This document shows positions 25,770-34,720 of a stretch of 64,000 nucleotides of DNA, piece after piece (the stretch's first letter is position 1; each line of letters starts with the position of its first letter). The notes under the pieces are model-generated. The model did no database searches. It saw only the letters and a program-made list of their open reading frames with translations, and was not told where the DNA came from. Location: the NCBI GenBank assembly GCA_003220685.1, contig QHTE01000046.1, positions 51,184 to 115,183 of the forward strand. The letters run 5' to 3'. Both the position numbers and the translations under genes were made by a program. This DNA comes from Candidatus Rokuibacteriota bacterium (lineage in GTDB: Bacteria; Methylomirabilota; Methylomirabilia; Rokubacteriales; CSP1-6).

Positions 25770-27095
25770 ATGAAGCGCCTCCTGTACCGCTGGTTCAGCT
25801 CCTTCGCGGCGTTTCAGTACCGGCTCGACCGGCGGTGCACGCGGGCCGGCTCGCTCGCCCTCGGCGTGCTCGGCGCCGCGATCGTGATCGGCCTCGACAC
25901 GAACCGGAGCGTCGGCTACCAGGTCTTCACCCTGGTGCTCGCCCTCGTCGCCCTCTCCGCGGCGTCGAGCCTGGTCTTTCGCGGGCGGTTCGCGGCGCAC
26001 CGGATCCTGCCGCGCTTCGCCTCCGTCGGCGTGCCGGTCGCCTACCGCGTCGCGATCGCCAATCAGACCGGCCGGCGCCAGGACGGGCTGGTCCTGCTGG
26101 AGGAGCTCACCGATCCGCGCCCGTCATTCGAGGAGTTCGTGACGGCCCGCGAGCCCGGCGAGGAGCGGCGGAACTGGTTCGACCGGCAGGTCGGCTATCC
26201 GCGCTGGGCCTGGCTCGTCTCGCAGAAGCGCGGCGCAGTCATCCCGCCGCGGCCGCTGCCCCCGCTCGACCCCGCGGTCGAGACCGAAGTGACCGTCGAG
26301 ATCACGCCGCTGCGCCGGGGCCTCCTGCGGTTCAGGGGCATCACGATCGCGCGGCCGGACCCGCTGGGGCTCATTCAGGCGCTCAAGTCGATCGCGTTGC
26401 CCCAGTCGCTCCTCGTCCTGCCGAAGCGGTATCCGATGGCGGAGATCCGGATCGCGGGTACCCGCAAGTACCAGCCGGGCGGCGTCGCGCTCGCGTCCAC
26501 CGTCGGCGACTCCGAGGAGTTCGTGTCACTGCGCGACTATCGGGCCGGCGATCCGATGCGCCGCATCCACTGGAAGAGCTTCGCCCGCGTCGGCCGGCCG
26601 GTCGTGAAGGAGTATCTCGACGAGTTCTTCGTGCGCCACGCGCTCGTGCTGGACACGTTCACGAGCCACGTCGGCGATCCGATCTTCGAGGAAGCCGTCT
26701 CGGTCGCGGCGTCGATCGCGATCTCGATGCAGACCCAGGAGTCGCTGCTCGACCTCATGTTCGTGGGGCCGGAGGCCTACTGCTTCACCGCCGGGCGCGG
26801 CGTCGCCCACACCGAGCAGCTGCTCGAGGTACTGGCGTGCGTCGGCCCGTGTCGGGACAAGGCGTTCCGCTCGCTGCACCACGCGGTGATCGATCGCCAC
26901 GACGTGCTGAGCGGCTGCGTCTGCGTGCTGCTCGCGTGGGACGCCGCGCGGCAGGAGCTCGTCCGCCACCTGGAGGCGCTCGGCACGCCGACCCGCGTCT
27001 TCGTCGTCGGCGAGCGGGCGACGCTCGACCGCCTACCGGGTGACGTGCACGGGCTCGAGATGGGCCGGATCGCCGAGGGGCTCGCATGCCTGTGA
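25770..27095 (+). CDS. DUF58 domain protein (MoxR-associated, vWA-like)
   Basis: Start ATG 25770 (MKRLLYRWFSS) avoids the REP element. The DUF58 region VSLRDYRAGDPMRRIHWKSFAR is conserved. Confidence 0.7.
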   Translation: MKRLLYRWFSSFAAFQYRLDRRCTRAGSLALGVLGAAIVIGLDTNRSVGYQVFTLVLALVALSAASSLVFRGRFAAHRILPRFASVGVPVAYRVAIANQTGRRQDGLVLLEELTDPRPSFEEFVTAREPGEERRNWFDRQVGYPRWAWLVSQKRGAVIPPRPLPPLDPAVETEVTVEITPLRRGLLRFRGITIARPDPLGLIQALKSIALPQSLLVLPKRYPMAEIRIAGTRKYQPGGVALASTVGDSEEFVSLRDYRAGDPMRRIHWKSFARVGRPVVKEYLDEFFVRHALVLDTFTSHVGDPIFEEAVSVAASIAISMQTQESLLDLMFVGPEAYCFTAGRGVAHTEQLLEVLACVGPCRDKAFRSLHHAVIDRHDVLSGCVCVLLAWDAARQELVRHLEALGTPTRVFVVGERATLDRLPGDVHGLEMGRIAEGLACL

Positions 27096-29116
27096 CGCCG
27101 CCCCCGCTGCTACTCGGCGCCGCGCTCCTCTTCTGGGGCTGGCAGACCGGCTTTCCGTTCCTCGCGCTGCCGCTGGCGATCCTCATCGAGGCCGCGCGCG
27201 CCCTGACGTGGCGGCTCGAGCTGTCGGCGACCGACTTCCACCGTCTCACCGATCTCTGCACCCTGCTGATCGGCGTCAGCGGCGTCTATCTCTTCTCGAC
27301 CACCGGCACCTCGCGGGCCGTCGACGGCCCCCGCGCGATGACGCTCTTGTTCCAGTGGCTGCCGTTCCTGATCTTCCCGCTGGTCGCGATCCAGCTCTAC
27401 AGCACGGCCGGAAAGGTCCCGCTGACGGCGTTCTTCTGGGCGCTCAGGCGTCAGGCGGCCCGCGCGCCCGAGACCCGGCCCGGACAGGTCGATCTCGGCT
27501 ACCTCTACTTCGCGCTCTGCGTCCTTTCGGCCAGCGCCGCCAACCGGCGCACCCTCGAGTTCTACGCGGGCCTGTGCGCGCTCGCGGCCTGGGCCCTCTG
27601 GCCGTGGCGCTCGCGACGCTTCTCGCCGCTCTGGTGGGCGCCGATGCTCGGCGTCGCCGCCCTCGCGGGGTACAGCGGCCACGTCGCGCTGCACCGGTTC
27701 CAGCAGGTGGTCGAGCAGACGGTGTTCGACTACATCTTCAGCATGGTGCGCGGCGACGCGGATCCGTTTCGGGTGACGACGGCCATCGGTCACCTCGGTC
27801 GGCTGAAGTTGTCGGAGCGCACGGTGCTGCGCGTCGAGCCGCGCGAGGGGCTCCGGCTGCCGTTTCTCCTGCGCGAGGCGAGCTACGACGTCTACAACTC
27901 GCCGGCGTGGCTCGCCTCCGGCGCGGCCTTCACGGCCGTCCAGCCCGAGGCCGACGGTGAGACGTGGCGGTTCGGCGCCGGTCGGAGCCCGGTCGAGCGG
28001 ATCACGGTCTCGGCCTACCTGAACCGCGGGCGCGGCGTGCTCGCCCTGCCGGGCGGGGCGTTCGAGATCGACCGCCTGGCCGTCGTCGGCGTCCAGAAGA
28101 ACCGCCTCGGGGCGGTGAAGGTCGAGGAAGGGCTGGGGCTCGTCACCTACACGACACTCTTCACGCCCGACGGGCCGCTCGATGCGCCGCCGGTCGAGGC
28201 CGATCTTCAAGTTCCCACGCGAGAGGCCCCGCTCGTCTCGCGGATCGCGGCGGACCTGGGGCTCGCCGGCGGGTCGCCCGTCGAGAAGGTCGACATCATC
28301 GCCGCGTACTTCCGAAGAAACTTCCGCTACTCGACCTGGAAGGGCGAGCGCCCACGGCGAGAGTCGGCGCTCGAGGAATTTCTCCTGAACTCGCGCGCGG
28401 GGCACTGCGAGTACTTCGCCACCGCCACGACCTTGCTCCTGCGGGCGGCCGGCGTGCCGGCTCGCTACACGGTCGGCTTCTCGGTTCAGGAATGGAGCCG
28501 CCTCGAGCAGCGGTACATCGTGCGCGCGCGTCACGCTCACTCCTGGACGCTCGCCTACGTGAACGGCGTCTGGCGCGACGTGGACACGACGCCGGCCGTG
28601 TGGGCCCAGACCGAGCAGAGCGAGTCGTCCTCGCTCGAGCCCGTGCACGATCTCTGGTCCTTCGCCGTCTTCCTGTTCTCGAAATGGCGGTGGAGCGAGG
28701 ACGACAGCGGCATCGGCCGGCACGCCGCCTGGCTCCTGATCCCGCTGGTGCTCCTGCTCGTCTGGCGTCTCTACTCGCGCCGGCGCGTCGGCCGCGAGGC
28801 CGCGGCGTCGCGCGCGACGGTCGCGGTCGCCCGCCCGGGTCAGGACTCCGAGTTCTACCTGATCGCCGAGCGCCTGCTCGCCGCGGGGCTCGGCCGTCGG
28901 GCGGACGAATCGCCGGCCGCCTGGATCGCGCGCATTCACGCGGCCGAGCTCGCCCCGATCCTGGACCTTCACTACCGCTATCGCTTCGACCCCACCGGCC
29001 TCGACGCCACCCAGCGGACTTCGCTCAGAGCGCAAGCCGATGCGTGGCTGCACGACCACGCGATGGAAACGAGCGTGACCGGCCCGCCGCCGCAAGCCGC
29101 TTCACGAACGTGCTAG
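27086..29116 (+). CDS. Transglutaminase-like domain membrane protein (DUF3488 - transglutaminase core - DUF4129 architecture)
   Basis: 676 aa with N-terminal multi-TM region and the transglutaminase Cys motif GHCEYFATATTLLLRAAGVPARYTVGF. It overlaps the DUF58 stop. Confidence 0.75.
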   Translation: MPVTPPPLLLGAALLFWGWQTGFPFLALPLAILIEAARALTWRLELSATDFHRLTDLCTLLIGVSGVYLFSTTGTSRAVDGPRAMTLLFQWLPFLIFPLVAIQLYSTAGKVPLTAFFWALRRQAARAPETRPGQVDLGYLYFALCVLSASAANRRTLEFYAGLCALAAWALWPWRSRRFSPLWWAPMLGVAALAGYSGHVALHRFQQVVEQTVFDYIFSMVRGDADPFRVTTAIGHLGRLKLSERTVLRVEPREGLRLPFLLREASYDVYNSPAWLASGAAFTAVQPEADGETWRFGAGRSPVERITVSAYLNRGRGVLALPGGAFEIDRLAVVGVQKNRLGAVKVEEGLGLVTYTTLFTPDGPLDAPPVEADLQVPTREAPLVSRIAADLGLAGGSPVEKVDIIAAYFRRNFRYSTWKGERPRRESALEEFLLNSRAGHCEYFATATTLLLRAAGVPARYTVGFSVQEWSRLEQRYIVRARHAHSWTLAYVNGVWRDVDTTPAVWAQTEQSESSSLEPVHDLWSFAVFLFSKWRWSEDDSGIGRHAAWLLIPLVLLLVWRLYSRRRVGREAAASRATVAVARPGQDSEFYLIAERLLAAGLGRRADESPAAWIARIHAAELAPILDLHYRYRFDPTGLDATQRTSLRAQADAWLHDHAMETSVTGPPPQAASRTC

Positions 29117-29125
29117 AGTGCGCGC

Positions 29126-30256
29126 ATGACATTCCCACCGATACCCGCAAGCGTTGAAGCGCTCGGTCTCGACCCCAAACCGCTCGGCCGTCTCCGCGAG
29201 CTGATCACGGCCCACATCGCCGAGGGGCGCTATCCGGCGGCGCAGATCGCCGTGGCCCGCCACGGCAAGCTCGGGCTCGTGTGGACGCTCGGCGACGCGC
29301 GGCTCGAGCCGCAGCGCGTGCCGGCGCGCGACGAGACGCTCTGGCTGCTCTTCTCGAACACGAAGGTGATCACCGCCTGCGCGGTGTGGCTCCTCGCGGA
29401 GCGCGGCGCGCTCGCGTTCACCGACCGGGTCGCCGATCACGTGCCGGGATTCGAGGCCAACGGCAAGGGCGACATCTCGATCATCCAGCTGCTCTCGCAC
29501 CAGGGCGGCTTTCCGAACGCCGAGGTGCCGAAGGCCGCGTGGGAGGACCACGAGCTCCTGCGGCGGTCGGTGTGCGGCTTCACGCTCGAATGGACGCCGG
29601 GCTCGCGCGTTCACTATCACCGCGGCGCCGCGCACTGGGTGGCCGCCGTCCTGATCGAGGCGCTCACCAAGACCGACTATCGGGCGTTCATCCGCGAGCA
29701 CATCGCCGAGCCGCTCGGCCTCGGGGACGAGCTGTTCGTCGGCCTGCCGGATCGTGCCCACGCTCGCGCCGTCGACATGCACGAGCCCGCGCAGGATGGC
29801 GCGCGGCAAGTGAGACGTAGCGAGGAGAGCTCGGCCGAGGCGCGGCGCGCGGGCTCGCCGGGCGGCGGCGGCTACGCGACCGCGCGCGCGATGGCGGCGT
29901 TCTATCAGATGCTGCTCCAGGGCGGCCAGCTCGGCGGGGCCAGGCTCCTGTCGCCGCGGACGATCGCCTACGTCATCCGCAACTACACGGGCGATCGCGT
30001 GGACGCCTACATGGGCATGCCGATGCACCGCGGCCTCGGGCCGCACCTGCGCGGGACCACGGAGACGATTCGCGGACTCGGCTCGCTCGCGACGCCGCGC
30101 ACGTTCGGTCACGGGGGCGTCGGCTCGTCGTATTGCTGGGCCGATCCCGATTCCGGGGTCTCCTTCGCCTATCTGACCAACAGCCGCGTGCCCGACCCGT
30201 GGCATTCGGCGCGGCTCGACCGCGTCAGCAACCTCGTTCACGCCTCGATCGTGTAG
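29126..30256 (+). CDS. Serine hydrolase, beta-lactamase/esterase family
   Basis: 376 aa with the SxxK motif (FSNTK) near the N-terminus and class C-like length. Confidence 0.7.
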   Translation: MTFPPIPASVEALGLDPKPLGRLRELITAHIAEGRYPAAQIAVARHGKLGLVWTLGDARLEPQRVPARDETLWLLFSNTKVITACAVWLLAERGALAFTDRVADHVPGFEANGKGDISIIQLLSHQGGFPNAEVPKAAWEDHELLRRSVCGFTLEWTPGSRVHYHRGAAHWVAAVLIEALTKTDYRAFIREHIAEPLGLGDELFVGLPDRAHARAVDMHEPAQDGARQVRRSEESSAEARRAGSPGGGGYATARAMAAFYQMLLQGGQLGGARLLSPRTIAYVIRNYTGDRVDAYMGMPMHRGLGPHLRGTTETIRGLGSLATPRTFGHGGVGSSYCWADPDSGVSFAYLTNSRVPDPWHSARLDRVSNLVHASIV

Positions 30257-30269
30257 CGGCCGTCGGGCC

Positions 30270-31028
30270 ATGGCGCCGCGCAGGGTGCTCGTGACCGGCA
30301 TGAGCGGGCTGATCGGCGGCGCGCTCCGCCGGCGTCTCGAGGGCAAGTACGAGCTGTCCGCCCTCAACCGGCGGCCGATCCCCGGCGTGAAGTGCTTTCA
30401 GGCCGACATCGCCGACCTCGACGCGATCGCGCCCGCCTTCGCCGACGTCGACACGGTCGTGCACCTCGCCGCGCGCACCGGCTCGAGCGACGTCTTCGCG
30501 GAGATCCTCCAGGCCAACGTGGTCGGCACCTACAACGTCTTCGAGGCCGCCCGGCGCGCGGGTGTCGGCCGGGTCGTCTACGCGTCGAGCGGCGCGACGG
30601 TGAGCGCCTGGGAGCGCGAGCCGCCCTACAGCGCGCTGGCCGCGGGCCGCTACGACGAGGCGAAATCGTGGAAGACGATGACCCACGAGATGCCGCTGCG
30701 CCCGGCCGGCCTCTACGGCGCCAGCAAGATCTGGGGCGAGGCGATCGCCCGCCACTACTCCGACGCACACGGCCTGTCGGCGATCTGCGTCCGCATCGGC
30801 CGCGTGCGGGCCGAGGACCGCCCGGTGTCGGCGCGCGAGTTCTCGGTCTTCTGCAGCCAGCGCGACGTCGTTCGCATGCTCGAGCTCTGCATCGCCGCGC
30901 CGGCCACGCTCGGGTTCGACATCTTCTACGCCGTCTCCGACAACCGCTGGGGCTACCGCGACCTCGAGCACGCCCGCGCCGTGCTCGGCTTCGAGCCGCG
31001 CGATCGGGCGGAGGACTATCGGCGATGA
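30270..31028 (+). CDS. NAD-dependent epimerase/dehydratase (SDR family)
   Basis: Rossmann motif VLVTGMSGLIGGAL and YxxxK (YGASK). Confidence 0.75.
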   Translation: MAPRRVLVTGMSGLIGGALRRRLEGKYELSALNRRPIPGVKCFQADIADLDAIAPAFADVDTVVHLAARTGSSDVFAEILQANVVGTYNVFEAARRAGVGRVVYASSGATVSAWEREPPYSALAAGRYDEAKSWKTMTHEMPLRPAGLYGASKIWGEAIARHYSDAHGLSAICVRIGRVRAEDRPVSAREFSVFCSQRDVVRMLELCIAAPATLGFDIFYAVSDNRWGYRDLEHARAVLGFEPRDRAEDYRR

Positions 31029-31894
31029 TCCGTGACGTCGTCAGCGTCCGCGACAAGACCCGCATCCACTACCGCCGCCTCGGTCAGGGGCCGGGCATGG
31101 TCCTGTTGCACGGTTACCCGCAGACCGGTCACATGTGGCGCAAGGTCATGCCGGCGTTCGCCGAGCGGTTCACGGTCGTCGCGCCCGACCTGCGCGGCTA
31201 CGGCGACTCCGACCGCCCGATCCGCGGCTACGACAAGCGCTCGATGGCGGCCGACATCGCCGACCTGGTCCAGGCGCTCGGCATCCAGCCGGTCGCGCTG
31301 ATCGGTCACGATCGCGGCGCGCGCGTGGCCCATCGGTTCGCGCTCGACCACCCCGCGCTGCTGACGCGGCTGGTGCTGCTGGACATCGCGCCCACCTACG
31401 ACGTGTTCGCGCGGACCGATCAGGTGAGCGCCCGCGCGCGATGGCACTGGTTCTTCCACCAGCTCCCCGACCTGCCGGAGGCGCTGACCGCCGGGCGCGA
31501 GGAGATCTATCTGCGCTACATGTACCGGACCTCCGCCTACAACCCCGCCGCCATCGAGGAAGAGGCGGTACAGGAGTACGTCCGCTGCTTCCGCCAGCCC
31601 GGCGCGATGCGCGCCGCCTTCGACGACTACCGCGCCGGCGCGACGATCGATCTCGAGCACGACGGCGCCGACCGCGACAAGAAAGTCGCCGCCCCGACCC
31701 TGGTGCTCTGGGGGGAGGCGGGCGGCCGCCGGCCGCAGGTGGCGGACATGCTCGGGGTCTGGAAGGAGCGCTGCGCCCAGGTCGTGGGACACGCCGTGCC
31801 GGGCTCCGGGCACTTCATCCCCGAGGAGCAGCCGGCGGCGGTGATCGAGGCCGTGCTGAGATTCGTCGGCGAGCCGCCGAAGGCCGGTCCCTGA
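31025..31894 (+). CDS. Alpha/beta hydrolase (epoxide hydrolase/haloacid dehalogenase-like subfamily)
   Basis: ATGA overlap with the upstream stop. Motifs HGYPQTGHMW, DLRGYGDS and the nucleophile elbow GHDRGA. Confidence 0.7.
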   Translation: MIRDVVSVRDKTRIHYRRLGQGPGMVLLHGYPQTGHMWRKVMPAFAERFTVVAPDLRGYGDSDRPIRGYDKRSMAADIADLVQALGIQPVALIGHDRGARVAHRFALDHPALLTRLVLLDIAPTYDVFARTDQVSARARWHWFFHQLPDLPEALTAGREEIYLRYMYRTSAYNPAAIEEEAVQEYVRCFRQPGAMRAAFDDYRAGATIDLEHDGADRDKKVAAPTLVLWGEAGGRRPQVADMLGVWKERCAQVVGHAVPGSGHFIPEEQPAAVIEAVLRFVGEPPKAGP

Positions 31895-32301
31895 TGAAGC
31901 TCAAGAAATCGATCGCGCAATGGTTCGACCGGGAGCGGATCTGCCGTGTGGCCAGCGCGAACTCGCGCGGCATGCCGCATCTCGTCCCAGTGTGCCAGGT
32001 GGTGGCCGACGGAAAGATCTACTACGCGTCCGCGAGCGACGGCCGCAAGGCGCTGAACCTCGCCGAGAACCCGCGCGTCGCGGTCACCGTCGATCTCTAT
32101 TCCGACGACTGGACCCACATCAAGGGCGCGATGGTGCAGGGGATGGCGCGCCTCTACGACCGAGGGCCACGGTTCAGGAAGGTCCGCGCGCTCCTCTATC
32201 GGAAGTATCCCCAGTATTCCCGCAACGCCACGCTCGACGAGAAGGACTCGGTCATCATCGAGGTGACACCGCTCCACGTCTTCACCTGGGGCCTGAACTA
32301 G
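31894..32301 (+). CDS. PPOX-class (pyridoxamine 5'-phosphate oxidase-like/F420-dependent) split-barrel protein
   Basis: 135 aa with ATGA overlap with the upstream gene. Split-barrel motif HLVPVCQVVADGKIYYAS. Confidence 0.55.
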   Translation: MKLKKSIAQWFDRERICRVASANSRGMPHLVPVCQVVADGKIYYASASDGRKALNLAENPRVAVTVDLYSDDWTHIKGAMVQGMARLYDRGPRFRKVRALLYRKYPQYSRNATLDEKDSVIIEVTPLHVFTWGLN

Positions 32302-32313
32302 CAGGCTTGGGCA

Positions 32314-32337
32314 GTAGGCGGCTTTCGGCCGCCTACT
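32314..32337. terminator. Bidirectional hairpin between convergent PPOX-like gene and GGDEF gene
   Basis: GTAGGCGGC-tttcg-GCCGCCTAC, a 9-bp stem. Coordinates are +/-1 because of the printed/ORF-track disagreement here. Confidence 0.45.
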
Positions 32338-33505
32338 CAGCGAGGCAGATGCGGTTGCGTCCCGTGTGCTTCGCCTCGTACAGGGCCTGGTCGGCGGCCC
32401 GAATGACCTCGTCGGGCTCGACGCCGGGCTCGTCCGGCTCCGCCACCCCGATGCTGACCGTGATCGCGAGCGTGGGGCGCCGGCCGATCGAGCGGACCGG
32501 CTTCTCGGGCCGCAGCTTCGGCCGATCGCGGCCTCGCAGGGTGAAGCTCGAGGCCTCGATCGTCTCGCGCAGGTCCTCGAGATACGGCAGCGCCTCCGCC
32601 GCCGACTTGCCCGGAAACAGCACTGCGAACTCTTCGCCGCCGTAGCGGAAGGGCCGCCCGCCGCCTTCAGTTCGCGTGAGGGTCGAGCCGATCAGGCGGA
32701 GCACCTGGTCGCCGGCCGCGTGACCGAACTCGTCGTTGAGCTGCTTGAAGTGGTCGATGTCGATCATTGCGATCGTGTAGTGCTCGGGCAGCCGCATGAG
32801 CGCGTCGGTCAGCGCGCGGCGCGACGGGAGCCCGGTCAGCTCGTCGCTGAACGCCATCCGGTGCGAGGTCTCGATCAGCGACACGATGAGGACGAGCCCG
32901 CCGGTCGCCAGGTACACGGTGGTCGCGGCGCGATCGCCGTTGAGCCCCAGCAGCGCGGCGAGCAGGGCCCAGGCGAGGCTCGCCTGGATCACGGTGCGCC
33001 GGACGACGAAGCGCAGCGCGGTCAGCGCGATCGCGACCAGGAAGGCCAGGAGGCCAATGGCCGGGATCTTCGTGACGTGCAGGCCGCTCGGATCGATCCC
33101 GTGCTGCAGGGCCTGGGCGACCGACGCTAGCTCGGGGCGCAGGAGCAGCGCGATCGCGAGCGGCTGGATCAGGATCGCGCCCTCGACGAGCCGGCCCGCC
33201 CACGTCCACATCGTGCGCTCCGAGAGCCAGGCGATGGCCGCCAGGTCGAACGGCAGCAGCAGCGCGACCGCGGCATAGACGACGCGGCCGACCGGCGCCG
33301 ACGGACCGGCCGCCGGGAAGTACGCGATCGCCCGCTCGGCGGCGAAGAGGACCCCCAGCGCGACGGCGAGCTGGATACGCTTGAAACGCCACCCCAGGAG
33401 GATTCCCGCGCAGAAGATGACCCACGAGTAGACCGGCGCCGAGGTCTCGACGGCCTCCCGTATCGACGCGGACTGCAAGATAACCGTGACACCCAGCAGC
33501 AGCAC
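32333..33505 (-). CDS. Membrane-anchored diguanylate cyclase (GGDEF domain)
   Basis: 390 aa with 6-7 N-terminal TM helices and a C-terminal GGDEF domain containing the GGEEF active-site motif (RYGGEEFAVLF). Confidence 0.85.
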   Translation of the reverse strand: MLLLGVTVILQSASIREAVETSAPVYSWVIFCAGILLGWRFKRIQLAVALGVLFAAERAIAYFPAAGPSAPVGRVVYAAVALLLPFDLAAIAWLSERTMWTWAGRLVEGAILIQPLAIALLLRPELASVAQALQHGIDPSGLHVTKIPAIGLLAFLVAIALTALRFVVRRTVIQASLAWALLAALLGLNGDRAATTVYLATGGLVLIVSLIETSHRMAFSDELTGLPSRRALTDALMRLPEHYTIAMIDIDHFKQLNDEFGHAAGDQVLRLIGSTLTRTEGGGRPFRYGGEEFAVLFPGKSAAEALPYLEDLRETIEASSFTLRGRDRPKLRPEKPVRSIGRRPTLAITVSIGVAEPDEPGVEPDEVIRAADQALYEAKHTGRNRICLAE

Positions 33506-33791
33506 GGCGCCGGGCGCCAGGTGAGGCAGGAGCCTGTCCAGGAGCGTCCGCTATTGCGGCGGGTAGCGGAACGGTGCCCAGCCGTTGCCCTGGAGCGGCT
33601 TGGGCGTATAGGTCGCGCCCGACTTGGCCGGCTTCGGCGCGGCCGGCTTCTTACCGGCGCGCTTCCGCGCCGCCGCATTCGGCGTCGCCTTCTTCCTTTT
33701 CATGCAGCGCACTTTACAACAGCGACGGAAATGTGGTCAATGAGAGGCCTGCCCGAGCGAAGGGAGGGCGTCCGCCCGTGAGGAATCGCCG

Positions 33792-34709
33792 TTGACCTCC
33801 GACTCGCTCCACCGGCTTCGCGATCGTCGGTTTCGCCGGCTGCCGGCGCGCCGAGTGCACGGCGAGCGCGACGCGCTCGCGTTCGTGCGCGACGTCGGCT
33901 TCTGCTCGACCTTCTACCGGTTCCCCGAGGGCGTGGCCTGTCTCTGGGAGGCGGTCGCCGGCAGGGCGAACCCGCGCTGGCCCCGGCACTCGCACCACGA
34001 CGCCGGGATCGGCCTCACCTGGGATCTGAAAGACACCCTGCCGGCCACCAAACGCGTGTACTACGGCAAGCTCCTGAAGGGTCGTCCGCTCCTCGTCGCG
34101 CTCGATCTGTTCCCGATGTTCTACACGCTCGTGCGCGGCCGCCAGCGGGCGCGTGACTACCGCGTCGAGTACGAGGCCGGGCGGCTCTCGCACGCGGCGC
34201 GGCGGATCATGGACGCGATGCTCGACGAGCACCCGCAGTACACTCGCGAGCTGCGCGCGAACGTCTTCATGCTGGAGCCCTCGAAGACGCGCGCGTTCGA
34301 GCGCGCGATGGCGGAGCTCCAGCAGGGGCTCTGGCTCGTCAAGAGCGAGGAGCGCTACGAGCCGACCTTCTCGTATCGCTGGGACCTGCTCGAGGCATGG
34401 CTGCCGGACGGCGTGGCCGAGGGCCGCCGGCTCTCGCGCGAGGTGGCCGTAGCCGGGCTGATCGAGCGGTACGCGCGCGGCGCGGTGTTCACGACCGAGC
34501 GCCAGCTCGCGCGCCTCTTCGGCATTCACCCGGACGAAGTCGCGCGGGCCGTGAAGACCCTGGTCCGCGCGCGGACGGTCCGCGCCGACTGCGCGATCGA
34601 CGGCTGGCCCGGGCGCTGGCTGATGCACGCCGCCTCGGGGCGCGGGTCGTGTGCGCTGCAGGCCGTCGCGGGGCTGGGGCCCCGCCGGCCGAGGCGCACG
34701 TATAGATAA
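33792..34709 (+). CDS. Winged-helix DNA-binding domain protein (DUF1006/YcaQ-AlkZ-like), start uncertain
   Basis: The FVRDVGFCSTFYRF and downstream motifs resemble the YcaQ family. The last 19 codons are supplied by the REP-like element. TTG start per the ORF track. Confidence 0.4.
   Translation: MTSDSLHRLRDRRFRRLPARRVHGERDALAFVRDVGFCSTFYRFPEGVACLWEAVAGRANPRWPRHSHHDAGIGLTWDLKDTLPATKRVYYGKLLKGRPLLVALDLFPMFYTLVRGRQRARDYRVEYEAGRLSHAARRIMDAMLDEHPQYTRELRANVFMLEPSKTRAFERAMAELQQGLWLVKSEERYEPTFSYRWDLLEAWLPDGVAEGRRLSREVAVAGLIERYARGAVFTTERQLARLFGIHPDEVARAVKTLVRARTVRADCAIDGWPGRWLMHAASGRGSCALQAVAGLGPRRPRRTYR
34649..34699. repeat. REP-like palindromic intergenic element (plus orientation)
   Basis: GTGTGCGCTGCAGGCCGTCGCGGGGCTGGGGCCCCGCCGGCCGAGGCGCAC, 22 nt upstream of the AhpD-like selenoprotein start. 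Confidence 0.6.
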
Positions 34710-34720
34710 GGAGCTGAGCG

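Noticed and set aside
24616-30367. Minus-strand ORFs 24616..25605, 27110..29095 (661 aa) and 29102..30367 (421 aa); plus ORF 25706..27043
   Set aside because: They are shadow frames of the MoxR, DUF58, transglutaminase and beta-lactamase-family genes.
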